Part shown: piece by piece, positions 1 through 13,100 of the stretch
How positions within the stretch are numbered: position 1 is the first letter of the stretch
How the letters are laid out: each line of letters starts with the position of its first letter
NCBI RefSeq assembly: GCF_003704095.1
Contig: NW_020846445.1
Location: forward strand, 62,001-126,000
Source: Pocillopora damicornis
Lineage: Eukaryota
Direction of reading: 5' to 3'
DNA length: 64,000 bases
Made by a program: the position numbers and the translations under genes
Notes under the pieces: generated by a model
Told to the model about the DNA's origin: nothing
Databases searched by the model: none
The model's input: the letters and a program-made list of their open reading frames with translations, nothing else

Positions 1-534
1 AGAAGGGAGACTTTTAAATATCTATTCCTTCTAGAAAGTGAATTGAGATTCTTTGGCTCGCGTGAGTTGTTCATGGAGCTCCAAGTTTGTCCTTTTTGTA
101 CGTAAGAACAATATATTTTTAATCAATTAATGCTAATGGTGATTCGTCTCCTAACGAGCTAAGAAACACTCCAAGAGGTCTGGTTGGGGAGGCAAAAGTT
201 TAATGACGATCATTTGTCTCAAACGATTGAATTTTATATTGTTGAATAACACAATTGCTTTGTTTGTCAGAGAATGGAACGATATTAATCCACTGGCTTT
301 ACATGCAAATTTGAACGACTTCTATCGGTCAATTAATCGGCCAGGTCTTTCTCTAAATCGAAAATTTGGGAAATAATAATCCGCCCTTAAACTTTAGTTC
401 TAGTGACTGAAATTTTTCTCTCCGTTACCCACGCATTTAGATAGATAGATAGTTTATTGAAATATCATATTGCAGCCCAAAGGCTAAGTTGCTTATTATT
501 TTATAATACATACAGATAAAATTACTATAGTACA

Positions 535-700
535 GGTTATGTGAATGTGAAAGCGATCTTCGCAGTAATGAATACTACTTGAGCAGTAGTGAAAATAAGG
601 CCTGAAAAAAAATTCAGGTCTGTATGGGATTTGAACCCATGACCTCTGCGATACCGGTGCGCGCTCTACTAGCTTAGTTAACATGCCAACTGGGAGCTCC
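535..700 (-). mobile_element. tRNA-derived SINE (degenerate); a partial 3' piece recurs near 51005-51095
   Basis: The minus strand reads AGCTCCCAGTTGGCATGTTAACTAAGCTAGTAGAGCGC..ACCGGTATCGCAGAGGTCATGGGTTCAAATCCCATACAGACCTGAA, a tRNA-like head with an A-box-like segment and B-box GGTTCAAATCC, followed by a non-tRNA tail. The tail motif TGAAAGCGATCTT(C/T)GCAGTA recurs at ~51016. Confidence 0.7.
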
Positions 701-807
701 CACTTGGCTTGTTAAGTTAGGTTAGGTTGATCTCCCAAGCTAAGAATCGTAATATTCAAGAACAGGTCTTACAACTGAGCGATAAAAATTGACAACGTAG
801 TAAGGGT

Positions 808-1552
808 TTAAACCCGCTCTTTAAGAAGAACCAAGAGGCATAATCTCTTACTGGACAGAGTCGCTCCTAAAACCTTAGCGGAGTTGACAATAGAGAGTTC
901 CTTCCCATCAACGATGACAGGCTCGAACGCGTGCCTGTTCTTCTTAAAGTCGATGTTCATGACTTGACACTTGTCGGCATTCAAGGTCATCTTGTGCTCG
1001 CACGACCAGTTCTCAACAGCGTGAACACCACTCTGGATGTTACCCGGCTGCCTTCGCGGTACGACCTCGGCTACTTTAGTGTCATCCACGTATTTCCGGG
1101 TCTGAAAGCCTGAGACCTTGAGGTCATTTATCACTAATATAAATAACCAAGGGTCCAGCTTGGTGCCTTGGGGGACGCCAGCGGGGACTGGGCCTCATTC
1201 CGAGAAACATTCTGCAGATAGCTTGACACTTTGTTGTCGGTCCATCAGGAAGTCTGCAACCTAGTGGGCGACGCTCTTAGGGATTGGTAAATTGAAGACC
1301 TTGCACACCAGCAGGGTGTGGTCGATGAAATCGAAAGCCTTCCTATAATCGAAGAGGACAACTCTCACAGCAGCTCCAGTACTTTCAGTAGCTGTATTCC
1401 AGTTGTGCACCATTGATGTTAGGGCGTGAAGGGTAGAAGATCTCGGAGTTCCTCCAACCTGGTTAGAGTCGATAACATCCATCGCAGCAGGGCCCACATG
1501 AAGACCAACCACAAAATCTTTCGCAACTTTGGACAGCGCCGGAGTCAGGAAT
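808..1552 (-). pseudogene. Decayed non-LTR retrotransposon (CR1/L2-type) reverse transcriptase fragment
   Basis: One frame with two in-frame stops shows RT motifs LTPALSKV, FDYRKAFDFIDH, GVPQGTKLGPWLF, KYVDD and NWS...MTLNADKC, covering ORFs 1261-1512 and 808-1134. Confidence 0.9.
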
Positions 1553-1709
1553 ATGAAGAGATATGACCTGACGAACTATTTAATGTAATCATATAAGTTT
1601 AAAAGGTAATCAGTGACGATGGCTGTTTTTTCTTTTTCCGCGACGATTTACTGTTGCTAAAACTTGAAGTTTGGGGTAGTTACACAGAAATAAAAAGCTT
1701 TTTCTTATA

Positions 1710-1915
1710 CATAAAGGGCTGCGTCGGTAGGGCTTGTTACAAGATAATTGGTTTTACTAACTGAGTTGATAGTGTAAATTGGCCCGGCTCCGGTTTCAAC
1801 AATTGACGTTTGGGTTTCCCTTAGACGAAGAGCTAACGCTCAAAACGTCAGCTTTAGTTACTCATTAGGATGGTTGATTTGCATTATCAACTCAATTTAT
1901 AAAACCAAATGTATT
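1710..1915. repeat. Foldback repeat with degenerate hammerhead-like core (copy 1)
   Basis: ACTGAGTTGATAGTGTAAATTGG...AGACGAAGAGCTAACGCTCAAAACGTCAGC...TTATCAACTCA. Same family as 23158, 35911, 39820 and 43785. Confidence 0.7.
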
Positions 1916-3492
1916 GTAAAAAAAATTAATTTACGAAAGAGTCCAAACTCAGTAGAAAATATGTATTAAATTTGTTAAATGAACCACAAAATCTAGCTGA
2001 AATAAAAGCTCCGAAACTTCTTAAATTTCCAAGCAAAGGGGTAACAAATTTACGCGAACGAAAGCTCAAAAACAACTGACTAAAACTCCGCGAAAACAAA
2101 CTAAAAGTACGCCAAAAATGTCTGCATCATTTTTTCAACGTCAAGGTTAAAATTCTTTGACGTGATTTGCTAATTTGTAAAATCACAAAAATGAATGTGA
2201 ATACAAAAAGAATACAAAGAGGGAAAGAAAGAGAAAAACTGTTACTTGAAATTTAAAAACGAAAGAGATTTTCTACATGTGTCTCGCATTTCCTAAACAG
2301 ACGCGTGTACTCCAACAGCTAGAGCTTGAATGTTTTATTTGATTTTTTTCGGTTACCAAGATGTCTCTAGATACGTCATCAGAGTATCATCGAGCGATCA
2401 AAGCAATATTTTAAGGACTTCATGGTAAACTCCTTTTTTTACTATTTTTAGATCAAATCGAAGGCATTCCCACTGGTCTGTTCCGTTACAGATCTCAGAT
2501 GACTTCAGTCTGCGGTAAAAAAGCAGAAATTGGCCCATAATTATTGTAAATGAGTGTGAAATTGATAGTCTTACCATCTTTTGACGTCTTCAATAATCTA
2601 CAATGAGTGGTAAAAGTTTGAGTGTGTTTCATTATTTTCCCTCATAGTTGTTAGAGTTCGACTCCCTCACTCCCTCCCCACCCCTAATACAATGATAAAT
2701 TTTCTTAATCTTACCTCGCTCTCGAGGTACAACGATTTTGGGAAGGGGGGTGGGGAGGGTATGGAATAAGAATTTCTGAGGGTCACAAACTGTTTTGAAC
2801 CATGATTTTTGCGATGAGAAATCACATTCTTCCTTAAAACGAATCGAATTTGTACTGTTGCGTTCGACAATTTAATTTTTATTTTTCCTTTATGTTGAAA
2901 CTGATATGCGACCCTTGAATAATAAGACCTTTCCAATTGAGCAAACCTACTATCGCACCAAGACCCCTCACGGCCTGGCAGAGGAGGGATCTGTCTTAGA
3001 GCTCCTCAATTTCCTAGTCATTTGCATAATCTCAACATTTTTTTGGAGAAAAGAAGCGATGGTAAGATGATTATGAGGTTTGAGAGCTTTATTTTAATTA
3101 GCATATAAGCCCCAAAATATTACCGCTTCTTTAAAGAATCCTTTGTCACAGATGGTGTCTGCGTTCTTAATTAAGAAGATACTGAGAACGCTTTGGATAA
3201 AGCACACCGACTGATGATCGGCCTCGAGATGATATATCAAGAGACACAAGACAATTCTTTGTTTTGACAAGCCTTTTCAAAATAAAACTATTACTCGTCA
3301 TGACAATTAAAGGAATCCTTTGTTTAGCTTTCGTTAATTAAAAAGCGTTTGAAACAAATGCAGTTTGAATGATAATAGAATATATATGTGCGTGAAATTT
3401 ATGTTACTCAGTAAGCCTTTTGGAGAGTGATCTCGCGCAGACTACAGAATCAACATCTCTTTTAGCAGAAAAGTACCACTTCAAAAGCTAAC

Positions 3493-3699
3493 ATGGACTT
3501 TGAAAAGGAAATGCAAAAGTCTCTTAAAGTTATTTTCTACAACATCAAAGTCCTAGAAACCAAAAGGAAGACGTCAGTCTCATGGAATTATTCAAAGAGT
3601 GGAGTTAGTCAGCGCAAAATAAGTTTACCAGTAAAGAGAGTTACTCCTAAGTTTGAAGAACAGCATAGAGTAGCAAGAGAGCGCTGTTTTAGTGTTTAA
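3493..3699 (+). CDS. Micro-ORF A, 68 aa, unknown function; paralog of 8367-8591
   Basis: ATG in good context (AACATGG). The first 22 aa are 14/22 identical to ORF 8367 with several synonymous codon changes. TATA-like TATATAT ~110 bp upstream. Confidence 0.55.
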   Translation: MDFEKEMQKSLKVIFYNIKVLETKRKTSVSWNYSKSGVSQRKISLPVKRVTPKFEEQHRVARERCFSV

Positions 3700-6080
3700 A
3701 GATGGTTGGGCAGAGTTGACATGGATATTCGTACAAAGAGTTTATGATCCATATTCTTCAAGAAGACTGTAGCAGACAGTCCCTGTCATGGATGTGAAAA
3801 GTGACATAACATGGAAACTGTGCTGAATCTTTGTTGACTGACTTCAGAGAAATGAAGAAGCTGTGGCTGTTATAACTTTCATTTCTTGATCTGATGGGCG
3901 AGTCATAAATCAAAAGAGCTAGTTAATCGCCTGGAGAAAAAACCTACCGATTTTCAACTTTTTCAGAGAAAGAAAGCTCATTTAATCATGTTGTTTATGT
4001 TCAGATTAATTATGTAATGTTCACGCAATGATATAAAGATTCTTTTTTGCAACACAAATTGAATGAGCTCACTCATGTGCATAAGTGTTGTTCACGTGCA
4101 AAGTGCTCATCGACCGCTAGAAAAAGTGTGAAACCTCTCATTCTGAAGCTACATGTGATATGTAAAGGACTGATGTGAATAAAAAATTGAATGACATAAA
4201 CGTAACATTGTGATGCTTTCTTGAAAACAGTTTCCTTCTTTAAATACTCTCAATCAGAAAATTAACTTGAGTGATCTCGAGAATGGAGAAATTTTCATGG
4301 TTGGACGGTCGGCCTCACGATTATTAAACCGACTACACTTAGTTTATTTGACACTTTAAACTTTTGATCCCATAGTAACCTGCGCTTGAAACTGCCGCTC
4401 TACTTAAAGTTTTTTTTTATAAGGTTGTGACAGAAATTTAGTAGAATGTCAAAGGACGCACGTGAGTGTCATACCATTCCATATTACGTAACTCACGTGC
4501 AGTTCCACCCTATCCTGTGTTATATAATTTTCATAAGTTTAATNNNNNNNNNNNNNNNNNNNNNNNNNNNNNNNNNNNNNNNNNNNNNNNNNNNNNNNNN
4601 NNNNNNNNNNNNNNNNNNNNNNNNNNNNNNNNNNNNNNNNNNNNNNNNNNNNNNNNNNNNNNNNAAAAAAAGGATCTGTTTCCAATCTGCAATCATCCCA
4701 CCAGGGGAATGACGGGAAAATCTACCGAGAAAATTCCACTTTTCCTGAGACTTAAAGTTTGGCAATTTTCTAGTACATGTTCCGAATGACAGCATATTTC
4801 CAGTGTGCGACATGAGAAAAAAGGCGACAGAGAGTGTTATCAGGACATCCTAGTTAATTTAAGTATGGCTTAATGGGCTTTAGCCTCCTCTAAATAGATT
4901 TATCAATAATTGTTCGAGTAACTATGAAATTCTCATTATTATTATTAGTGAGCTAATACCAATCGTCGATTTAGAAAAACAAGTTTTGCCTACGATACTG
5001 TTTTTTTTGCGGTATACTTTCCAAGCAGGCAAATAAGTGCCAAGAAGAGCTAACAAAGTAAACACTTTAAAGCCCCCTCCTTAGGGCAGTTTACGTTCCT
5101 GGTTTCAAAGTTATGCTTTACTCGATTTAAAAATCAGGAATTTGTCTGAATTACTTGGTCTACAAATTAACAAATCATTCGCATCGTAATGGCGCAAGAA
5201 CGGATCCTGTTCCTCTAAGTGTAGAAGTGTTTTGTTACATTGTATCGAGTTGTTTGCCTTAAAATGACGCGTACATGTTGTCCATATATGACATTTCCTA
5301 CTTCAGAGTCTTCATACTAAAATCTCCAAGCTGAAGTTTCAATCCTTTACGAAAAGTGAGAACCAAAAGGCGAGACGTTTTCATGTCGCAAGATGAAGAA
5401 ACTGCCTCACGATTTGTGAGTCATTTTTTTTGCGATCAAAAATTTACCAGCAGCGTCTAAGTGATCACCAAAAAAATCAGTTTGTTTGGACAGAAAAAAA
5501 AACACGAAGGGACAGTATTATTTCGAGGTGGGACAAGGACGTCCAAAGATGGAGAAATTGAAAACGCTTGCAAATGACGATTATGGAAATTGAAGCTATG
5601 CTTTTCAAGATGGACAGACTGTGATGTTGCTCTTTCAGAATACGACAATAGGAGAAACACCAGACCCACATCATTCATATTGCAACAATTCTCCGATTGG
5701 CGTCTGTATATTGCATCAGGAATTGATGTTACATTTGACGTTTTAAAGACACAAACAAAAAGCTTTAAGTTCACAAAAACACTCAGCGCTTTTGTTAGAA
5801 TGTCATCACCTTGCTTCGTTTCAGTTTCCATGTTTGTTTCCCACTGTTTTAAAAGTGAGCATTTGATTAGTCACTTTGGGCGCGGCTATACCAGATAACA
5901 GTTTGATGCATGTTGTGAAATGTTGACGTAGGTTAATTCAAGAGGCTGCTTTCACCAGGCAGACATTTCTTTGATCAAAGCAGGAGGACATCACGATAAT
6001 TGTGAAATGAGCTGCGTCTGTTAAACTGAAGACTGAACTCACCCGCACCGCGTGAATTACGACTCGTGACAATTTTTCAG

Positions 6081-6854
6081 ATGGAAAACAAAAAAATCAG
6101 AGGCAATCGAGTGGACGATGATTTACGCGAGAGGAAGATTTCAAGAGGTTTGGTGCGACATGTTTTGACAAGGAACACTGGTGACAGGATTGCTTTGGGG
6201 AGAGTAACAAAACAACTCGACAAAGAAAGGATAGCAAAGGAATTGGATTACCAACAACAGAAACAGAAGCTTCTACTCCAGAAGTTTGAATCTCAGATGA
6301 AAGAGCGATCCGCGAAGGATTCTCAAGAAACATCAAACGAGCTCGATGGCACAGCGGGGTTGCGAAAGGCTACTGGAAAACATGTCATGTCGCGGTATAG
6401 AAGTTATTCCGAGCTGGAAATGTCGAGCTCGCAATTGCAAAGGTTGAAGTGTTCTGCAGAGATTCCTGAGGCGCTTGAGAAAAAAGCGAAAACAAACAGG
6501 GCACTCAATTATTCGCGACTGGCAGTCGAAAAGAGAGCAAACGAAACTAACCGGCCGAGGTTACGCAAAACAGGAGTGATTAAAGCTCCGGAGCGTTCAG
6601 GCCTTGTTGAGGAAGTGAGAATGAAGCGGACTAAGACGCTATCAGATATTTTACCTCCAGTTATTCTTCCACCAATATTTCAATCTGGCGCAAGTTCATT
6701 GGAAAAGAGGACTGTTCTGGAGAACCAGCGGACACAAGCAAAAGAATCTTTTTCTGAGGGTTCTGGCTCTAATCAGACACCAATGATGACTGAGATAAGA
6801 GAGTTGGAGGACCTAGAGGACTGTCGATATCTTAGAAAGAGCAATTTTCGATAA
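6081..6854 (+). CDS. Uncharacterised protein B (257 aa), N-terminal coiled coil, LPPVILPPI and C-terminal DCRYLR motif; paralog of 14376-15422
   Basis: Long intron-free ORF whose ATG at 6081 directly follows a splice acceptor (TTTTTCAG|ATG). It shares three motif blocks with ORF 14376. Confidence 0.75.
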   Translation: MENKKIRGNRVDDDLRERKISRGLVRHVLTRNTGDRIALGRVTKQLDKERIAKELDYQQQKQKLLLQKFESQMKERSAKDSQETSNELDGTAGLRKATGKHVMSRYRSYSELEMSSSQLQRLKCSAEIPEALEKKAKTNRALNYSRLAVEKRANETNRPRLRKTGVIKAPERSGLVEEVRMKRTKTLSDILPPVILPPIFQSGASSLEKRTVLENQRTQAKESFSEGSGSNQTPMMTEIRELEDLEDCRYLRKSNFR

Positions 6855-6971
6855 GCTCAGCTAAGCATGTATAACCATGTGATGCAGGAGTCAAAGTTTT
6901 ATTTTAAACTAATTCCTTTTGTGTAGACGAAGGAAGCGAAATTAGTAACTGGAGGGGAAATTAAAGAATTT

Positions 6972-7120
6972 ACGGACCATTTATTTTCTATCAACTGGGG
7001 GGGTGGTCTTAGGATTTCTTTGGGATTACAGAGCCTCAGGGGTGGATTTCATGGTGACACAACCAAAAATTCTCCAACTCACCCTCCCCCCTCCCCCAAG
7101 TAATATATCATGACCGGTCC
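6972..7120. repeat. Short degenerate MITE-like element; a related partial copy lies at 12719-12832
   Basis: Imperfect terminal inverted repeats (GGACCATTTAT...ATCATGACCGGTCC) and shared internal GACACAACCAAAA(A)T(T/C)CTCC. Confidence 0.4.
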
Positions 7121-8366
7121 CGGTCCTGGTCCCGGTTTAGTTTGAAAATTATTTCCTTGCGGTCATTAGGCCTTCACTCTCCATGTTGTGCATATGATCC
7201 GAAGCATGGAATATATATTGGAAAAATAAAGATTGGGTAAGATATAAGCATTTCAATTTAATCGCTGTTACACCCTTAAATTGACCAGTGAAATAAACTC
7301 ACTAACACTTCTCTCGGATCTTATGCATCTTCAGACTTTTAAGATGCATTAAGATGCAAGACTCAAACGGAAACACGTCAAGATCTCAAAAAGGCAACTA
7401 CTGCTTGACACATGATCACTCGCTATTTAAATTAAATGAATATTTTTTGTTCATCTGAAGGACTTCTGTACTGTTTAACGCTGCTCAAATCAAGTATTGA
7501 GTAGCTTAATGGCACCTATATTGATAGGGTCCTATAATTAGAAATAACTAGCTGTACCTAATGTGATTCTTTGCATTGAGGAGCACGAATAACACAGTTG
7601 GCATGGCCTTCAAAGTTAAAAATGCTGAGTTCTGCATTCTTAAACTAGTCAGACCCGGGTTCATCCACTTTGTTTCAGCTTTTCTGCGGACCCACGGTTC
7701 AACAGGTGTTTTGTATCTATTGTACTTCTGGGCGGGCATAATGGATTTTGTTTATAATGCTGGTTTTGTTCCTAACTAATCATTGTCAAACCACAAATAC
7801 ATTAAGCAATTACAATCAAGAAAACTACAATCAAACTGGCCGAGAAATGACGTCAGTGTGGTAATAAAAAACTGTGATTACCATAAATTGACTCGTTCAT
7901 GTGACATAGTCAAGAGCCCTTAGGGTCGAGTGGGGTTACGGGAAAAAAGCCTCAAAAGATGGTGCATTAAATAGTCCTATAGCAAAAGGGTTTTGTGCCT
8001 TAGACTGACGGTTTGGTATGGAATTTCACCTAACTTTGTCAAGAAAACAGGAGGGGGGGAGTAGTGGTTACGGTTTAGGATGTTTACCACTGCTTTTAAT
8101 CAGATTTTGGATAGAATGAATTATAAACATACAAAAAAACTATTCATTGTGTGCACTTAACCATCAATGGGTGTTTGTCAAGCCTGTGAACAATAACGAA
8201 ATGACGGCATGACTAAGGTAAAATAAAACATTTCTATTGGTTACAATCACATTGAGCAGTTATATAAAAAAGTCTAAGTAATGATGGTATTTTTAGAACC
8301 GTCTAGTCGTTGAGGAGGTTTGAATGAACCCACGTACAACCAAAGAGTCGGTAGAAATCTTAGAGG

Positions 8367-8591
8367 ATGGACTTCGAGAGAGAAATGCAGAGGGCTTTCA
8401 AAGTAATTTTTCACAACATCGAGGCCATAGAAAATAACAGAGTAAGAACACCACTCAAGTTGAATTACCCCGTAAAGGGAATCAAAAGATGGCAGAGGAA
8501 ACTGCAATCTCTGAGTTTATCGGATTTACGAGCTTCCTCCGAAGAGATCAGTTCAGCATCAGATTCTTCGTTCAAGAAACACTCTCTTTAG
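8367..8591 (+). CDS. Micro-ORF A', 74 aa, unknown function; paralog of 3493-3699
   Basis: AGGATGG start and TATATAAAAA at ~8261, ~105 bp upstream. The N-terminus MDFEREMQRAFKVIFHNIEAIE matches ORF A. Confidence 0.55.
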   Translation: MDFEREMQRAFKVIFHNIEAIENNRVRTPLKLNYPVKGIKRWQRKLQSLSLSDLRASSEEISSASDSSFKKHSL

Positions 8592-9893
8592 CCTTCTTGG
8601 CAGATGAAGCACAGTTTGACTTTTAATTTGAAATGTGCACCAACTGCACTGTTCGAAAGAAAGACACTTTCCTGATTTAAGAGTTGAAGCCATGGGCGTC
8701 ACAGTCCACCTGTGAAGACGAATACATTTGGGCCGTGTCCAAGCAGGCCCATAGCTCATGAAAAGTCACACCGAGGTGTATGAATGTCCACTTAACTTCA
8801 GCTTAATGAGCTTGAATTCAACATGATGAACTGATGAAATCATATCTTACTTATCTTGAATTTTTTTGGTATATCAAGAACGGTTGATATTAATTCAACT
8901 CCAGATTATTGACTTGGAATTCAACAGGAATTCAAGACAGCTCAATTATTGTGGTAGTCAGTTTCTAGTCACAGCTTAAAGTTCGCATTAGCGCTGTAGT
9001 TAAACTCCCCTTTCGAGAAGTTTTAGACAGCGTTATGTAGCGTTTAATTGAATTGTTTTAAGGATATCTAACGTGGCTTCAAGCGCTTCAGGGTGTGCTT
9101 TGCAAACGAATTTGCATTGCGATCGGTGAACTAAGAAGAAGGAAAATTTGTCCATCGCTAGCTGTCAAATAATTTCCTTTCATAATTTACCTCGCCTATT
9201 TATAGATTGTAAGTGTAATCAGTTTATTTTTTTTTTTCAAGTCCTATCAACCTTATATTGTTTCCCCATCATTTCTTCGTGTTTTTTATTATTAACTAAT
9301 GTAGTTTACAATCTACAAACAATGACAAATGAAATGAAAACTCTGTGGAACATTCCATCTCGTGTGGTGGCGCGTACAGTGGGAAATTGTAAAAGACATT
9401 GTAAGAAATTCGTTCAGAACCTTACAATCTGTTCGTTATGGCTTATGGAGGGAATAGATTTACTTTGTACTCCACAGGGGCGAGTGTTTGTCCATGTAGA
9501 ACAGATGTATGCTATTCAAATAAAAAATTTGTGCTTGAAATTTGCCAAAGTACAATTCTTGGATCATTGAGGTAAAATACCTGGAAACGCTACTTTTCAC
9601 CTTCGTGGACGTTTTAATCACATCTTTGAAAGTCTTCTGCAGTTGAAAAACGTGAATGTTATTCACTGATCTGGAACGGAATTACGAGAGCCACTTCAAA
9701 TCGTCTTTTCTAGAAGCATTATCTTTTTCTCGCGTGATACGGGCGTGGCAAAGCCGAGCTTTCGAGTGCGTAACTGAGAGAGGATCTGGACTATGCATCC
9801 TCCTTGTGTCCGGACATAGACGTTTCATACGTAAATCCTGTAGGCTATTTCCTTTCCTCAGACGTCTGGCACCTCAGACGGAGTCAGGTCTTT

Positions 9894-10104
9894 TTAACCA
9901 TTTGACTTTCATGAGTGATCAAAACAGAATTCCTCCTTACAACATCAAAACAAAACCAAGAGGACAGGTGGTGAGACTAGAGAAAAATATCAACTAGGGG
10001 ATTTTCAGTTAATCCGATACCAAATTCTCCAATAGACATCATGAGAACTCTATGGCAGATAGTAAGGAGAATTTATAATGAGATATTGGGTGTGAAAGGG
10101 TTAC
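9894..10104. mobile_element. Degenerate piggyBac-like MITE
   Basis: TTAACCATTTGACT...GTGAAAGGGTTAC ends. The internal sequence resembles 47317-47528. Confidence 0.6.
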
Positions 10105-13100
10105 AATGAGCAGATAATGTCTTTCCGATGGCAATATAGAAGACATTTCACAATCAAAAGAGACCGAAACTACATTTTTTAGATCAGAATAGAACAAATT
10201 TCTGAAGGTAATTCTTCGAGGGAAATTTTTTGTATCCAGATAACTGCTACCAGTAGAAAGGGCATAAAAAAATGGTCTTTGTGTGACTAGATCTAAAGGC
10301 TTAGTAGCTCTGTTCGATTTCGAGCTCTCTCGCCCGTGAAAAACGTGAGAAACGGCCCGTTCAGTTCTAAACACACGGATGAGAGCATCATTAATGAGAA
10401 CAAAAGCAAAGCGTTTAATTACTGTCTGACTCAGACAGCAGACAGACGTACATGCACATGTACGCGAACATCATTGCACAATCTCATCTCCGCTTAGATT
10501 TTTTTAGTACCTTCGTCAGGTCTCTTTTGTTCTGCTTTGTTCATCTGTGCAGTATCAACGTGCTGCTCCGATTTAGTGCCGTCGATCAGTCAAACTGTAT
10601 GACAAGCGCGAGACTGCTAGCTCCTCAGTTAGACGGTCGGTCACACTAATTCAGTTTTTCAGTATTACTCTGAAATTTGAGACCGATTCAATGAACGAAA
10701 GATTGCAATTTCGTACTAATTTCAAGTGAAATAATGCGTATCGACTTTTTATTCCAATATTCAAGGAGACGTGAAGAAAAAGTTTACATATTGATGAAAT
10801 GTAAAGTTTAATTCCCTAAGTGAAACTGCGATTTCAGATGAAATAGGAACATTGTTTTTAGTCATTCCGCCAGAGTTTAAGACCCTCAAAATCGTGTGGT
10901 GGTTAAACCTTTCCTTTGAATAAGGACTATTTTTTCGTCAATGACGTGTCTACTCGGTCATGCATTCTATATCACTTTCAAGTAGTTATTTGTTGACAAT
11001 GCAGTCAAATTTTGTACGAGCCTTCAACCATTAGCGGGTTGTTTTCATTTACCCACGCGACTAAGAGCCGATTTTCGACTCACTTTAGATAGTAGTGTTT
11101 ATTTTTTTACATCCGTTTAGATCGTACTTTGTTAATTTGTTGCGTGGAGGGTGGAGGTCTTAATTATTTCGAGTTGAAAATTTTCCAATCACTGCACATT
11201 CACAAACTGTCGTTCTTTAATTGGCATTAGTTACTGTGCCAACAGTGTGTGTAAATTCGATTGCAACCATCGTACAATCAAAAGTCCAGAATCACCTTTA
11301 CTTCCCGAAGACTAAGCAGCAGTCAAGAAAGGAAGAACTTGAGTGGAGGGATCAAGGCACTGCTTTACTGCTTCACTTGGCTTAAGGCGTATCACTGCCT
11401 TGAGGAGCTGAACTCACATCAAGCTCGGTTATGAAATTCTTAAACTGCGAGGATCGTACAGCTTTCCCCATCCAAAATCGCACACTTTTTTTAAATGAAC
11501 ACAAGAAAAGATTATTATGTTTCGGGGATGAGAAGCGGACCAAAGACATGTCTACTGACCTGAGCTTTGTTGCATATTATGCCGGTTTTTGTCGCACAAC
11601 ATAATTGCATAGCTGCTCAAAAGTCACTAGCGCCCACTACCTATAACCAATCTGTAATCTTTTGATACAACATATAGGAGCATCGACTTGGACTTGATGA
11701 TAGCTATCATCAAGTCTTACTCTGTAGTGAGAGAGTGAGTTTCCCAATTACCTTCAAAACATTCAAAATATTACAAGCTATTTTTTTAACGCCAATCAGA
11801 GAAGTGTTTTCCTTTGCTTACGCTCAAGGTTTCAGTCAGTGAGCTGGCAATTATATGAAGAGAACCAATCAGATTCTTGTATTCATACTCCGATATCAAG
11901 ATCAGTACGCACTAATGGTCTACACTAGAAAAAGCCCTTAGTAAAGAGCGGATCGGAGTCAAGACATTACAACCTGTCTCCTTTTCTATTTCGGGTCTGC
12001 TAAATCCGCCTACAAAATCCACCTAAATCTTTTAACCTCTTTCATAAATAGACCTTATAAACTACTCCAGGCATAATCCAACCTTTCTCGTTCTCTCGCG
12101 CTCAGTCACACAACCATTCATTGAGTGTTTATTGTTTGGCAGACAAGACGAGGAAAGAAAAGAAAGGAGCTATTCTATACTTTTTCAGTTGATAAAAAAT
12201 TGTGACCGATATTGAAGTCCTGCAAGTATTCTTGTAAAAGATATGTTTATACTAAATGCACTTGAACTTTTGTTAACAAAAGCTTGGGTGTAAAAGAGGC
12301 TGGAAAAGCAGGCNNNNNNNNNNNNNNNNNNNNNNNNNNNNNNNNNNNNNNNNNNNNNNNNNNNNNNNNNNNNNNNNNNNNNNNNNNNNNNNNNNNNNNN
12401 NNNNNNNNNNNNNNNNNNNNNNNNNNNNNNNNNNNNNNNNNNNNNNNNNNNNNNNNNNNNNNNNNNNNNNNNNNNNNNNNNNNNNNNNNNNNNNNNNNNN
12501 NNNNNNNNNNNNNNNNNNNNNNNNNNNNNNNNNNNNNNNNNNNNNNNNNNNNNNNNNNNNNNNNNNNNNNNNNNNNNNNNNNNNNNNNNNNNNNNNNNNN
12601 NNNNNNNNNNNNNNNNNNNNNNNNNNNNNNNNNNNNNNNNNNNNNNNNNNNNNNNNNNNNNNNNNNNNNNNNNNNNNNNNNNNNNNNNNNNNNNNNNNNN
12701 NNNNNNNNNNNNNNNNNNGGAGGGGAAGGGGGATTCTAAGAATATTACAGAGAATTAAGAAGGGATCAGGAAACTTTTAATCTGACACAACCAAAATCCT
12801 CCGATTTCCTAAGGCGATAAATGATGACCCGTCTCTCCCATAAACGTAATGTCGGACGAAAGTGGGCGACAAACAGTGTAGAAAGGATTCATATTACACT
12901 AAACGTATATAAGACTAGAAACTGGCTGCTCCCCTTGAGGAAAAGAAACCGTGAAATAGGAACAGGAATTTCCAGCGCCACATTTATAATTTGGTCTTTT
13001 GCGATGTATATATATGTGTTGTCACCCAAACAAATGACAGATAACTCTGACGGCCGTTTGTGTTACGTTTCTTTAGTGTGTCTTTGAGACAACAAATCGC

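Noticed and set aside
496-684. 62-aa ORF or possible tRNA gene
   Set aside because: Antisense translation of a tRNA-SINE. The cloverleaf is degenerate and continues into a repeat tail.
5457-5898. Overlapping 124/102/65-aa ORFs
   Set aside because: No recognisable motifs, the longer + ORF has a non-ATG start, and there is no paralog support. Probably chance ORFs upstream of gene B.
9148-10649. Several 65-140-aa ORFs, including 9460-9666 (-) with faint resemblance to micro-ORF A
   Set aside because: Similarity is too weak, most starts are non-ATG, and the ORFs partly overlap a MITE.
12284-12739. ORFs spanning N runs (also at 4446-4813, 32248-32584, 59927-60226, 62780-63175)
   Set aside because: Artefacts of translating assembly gaps.
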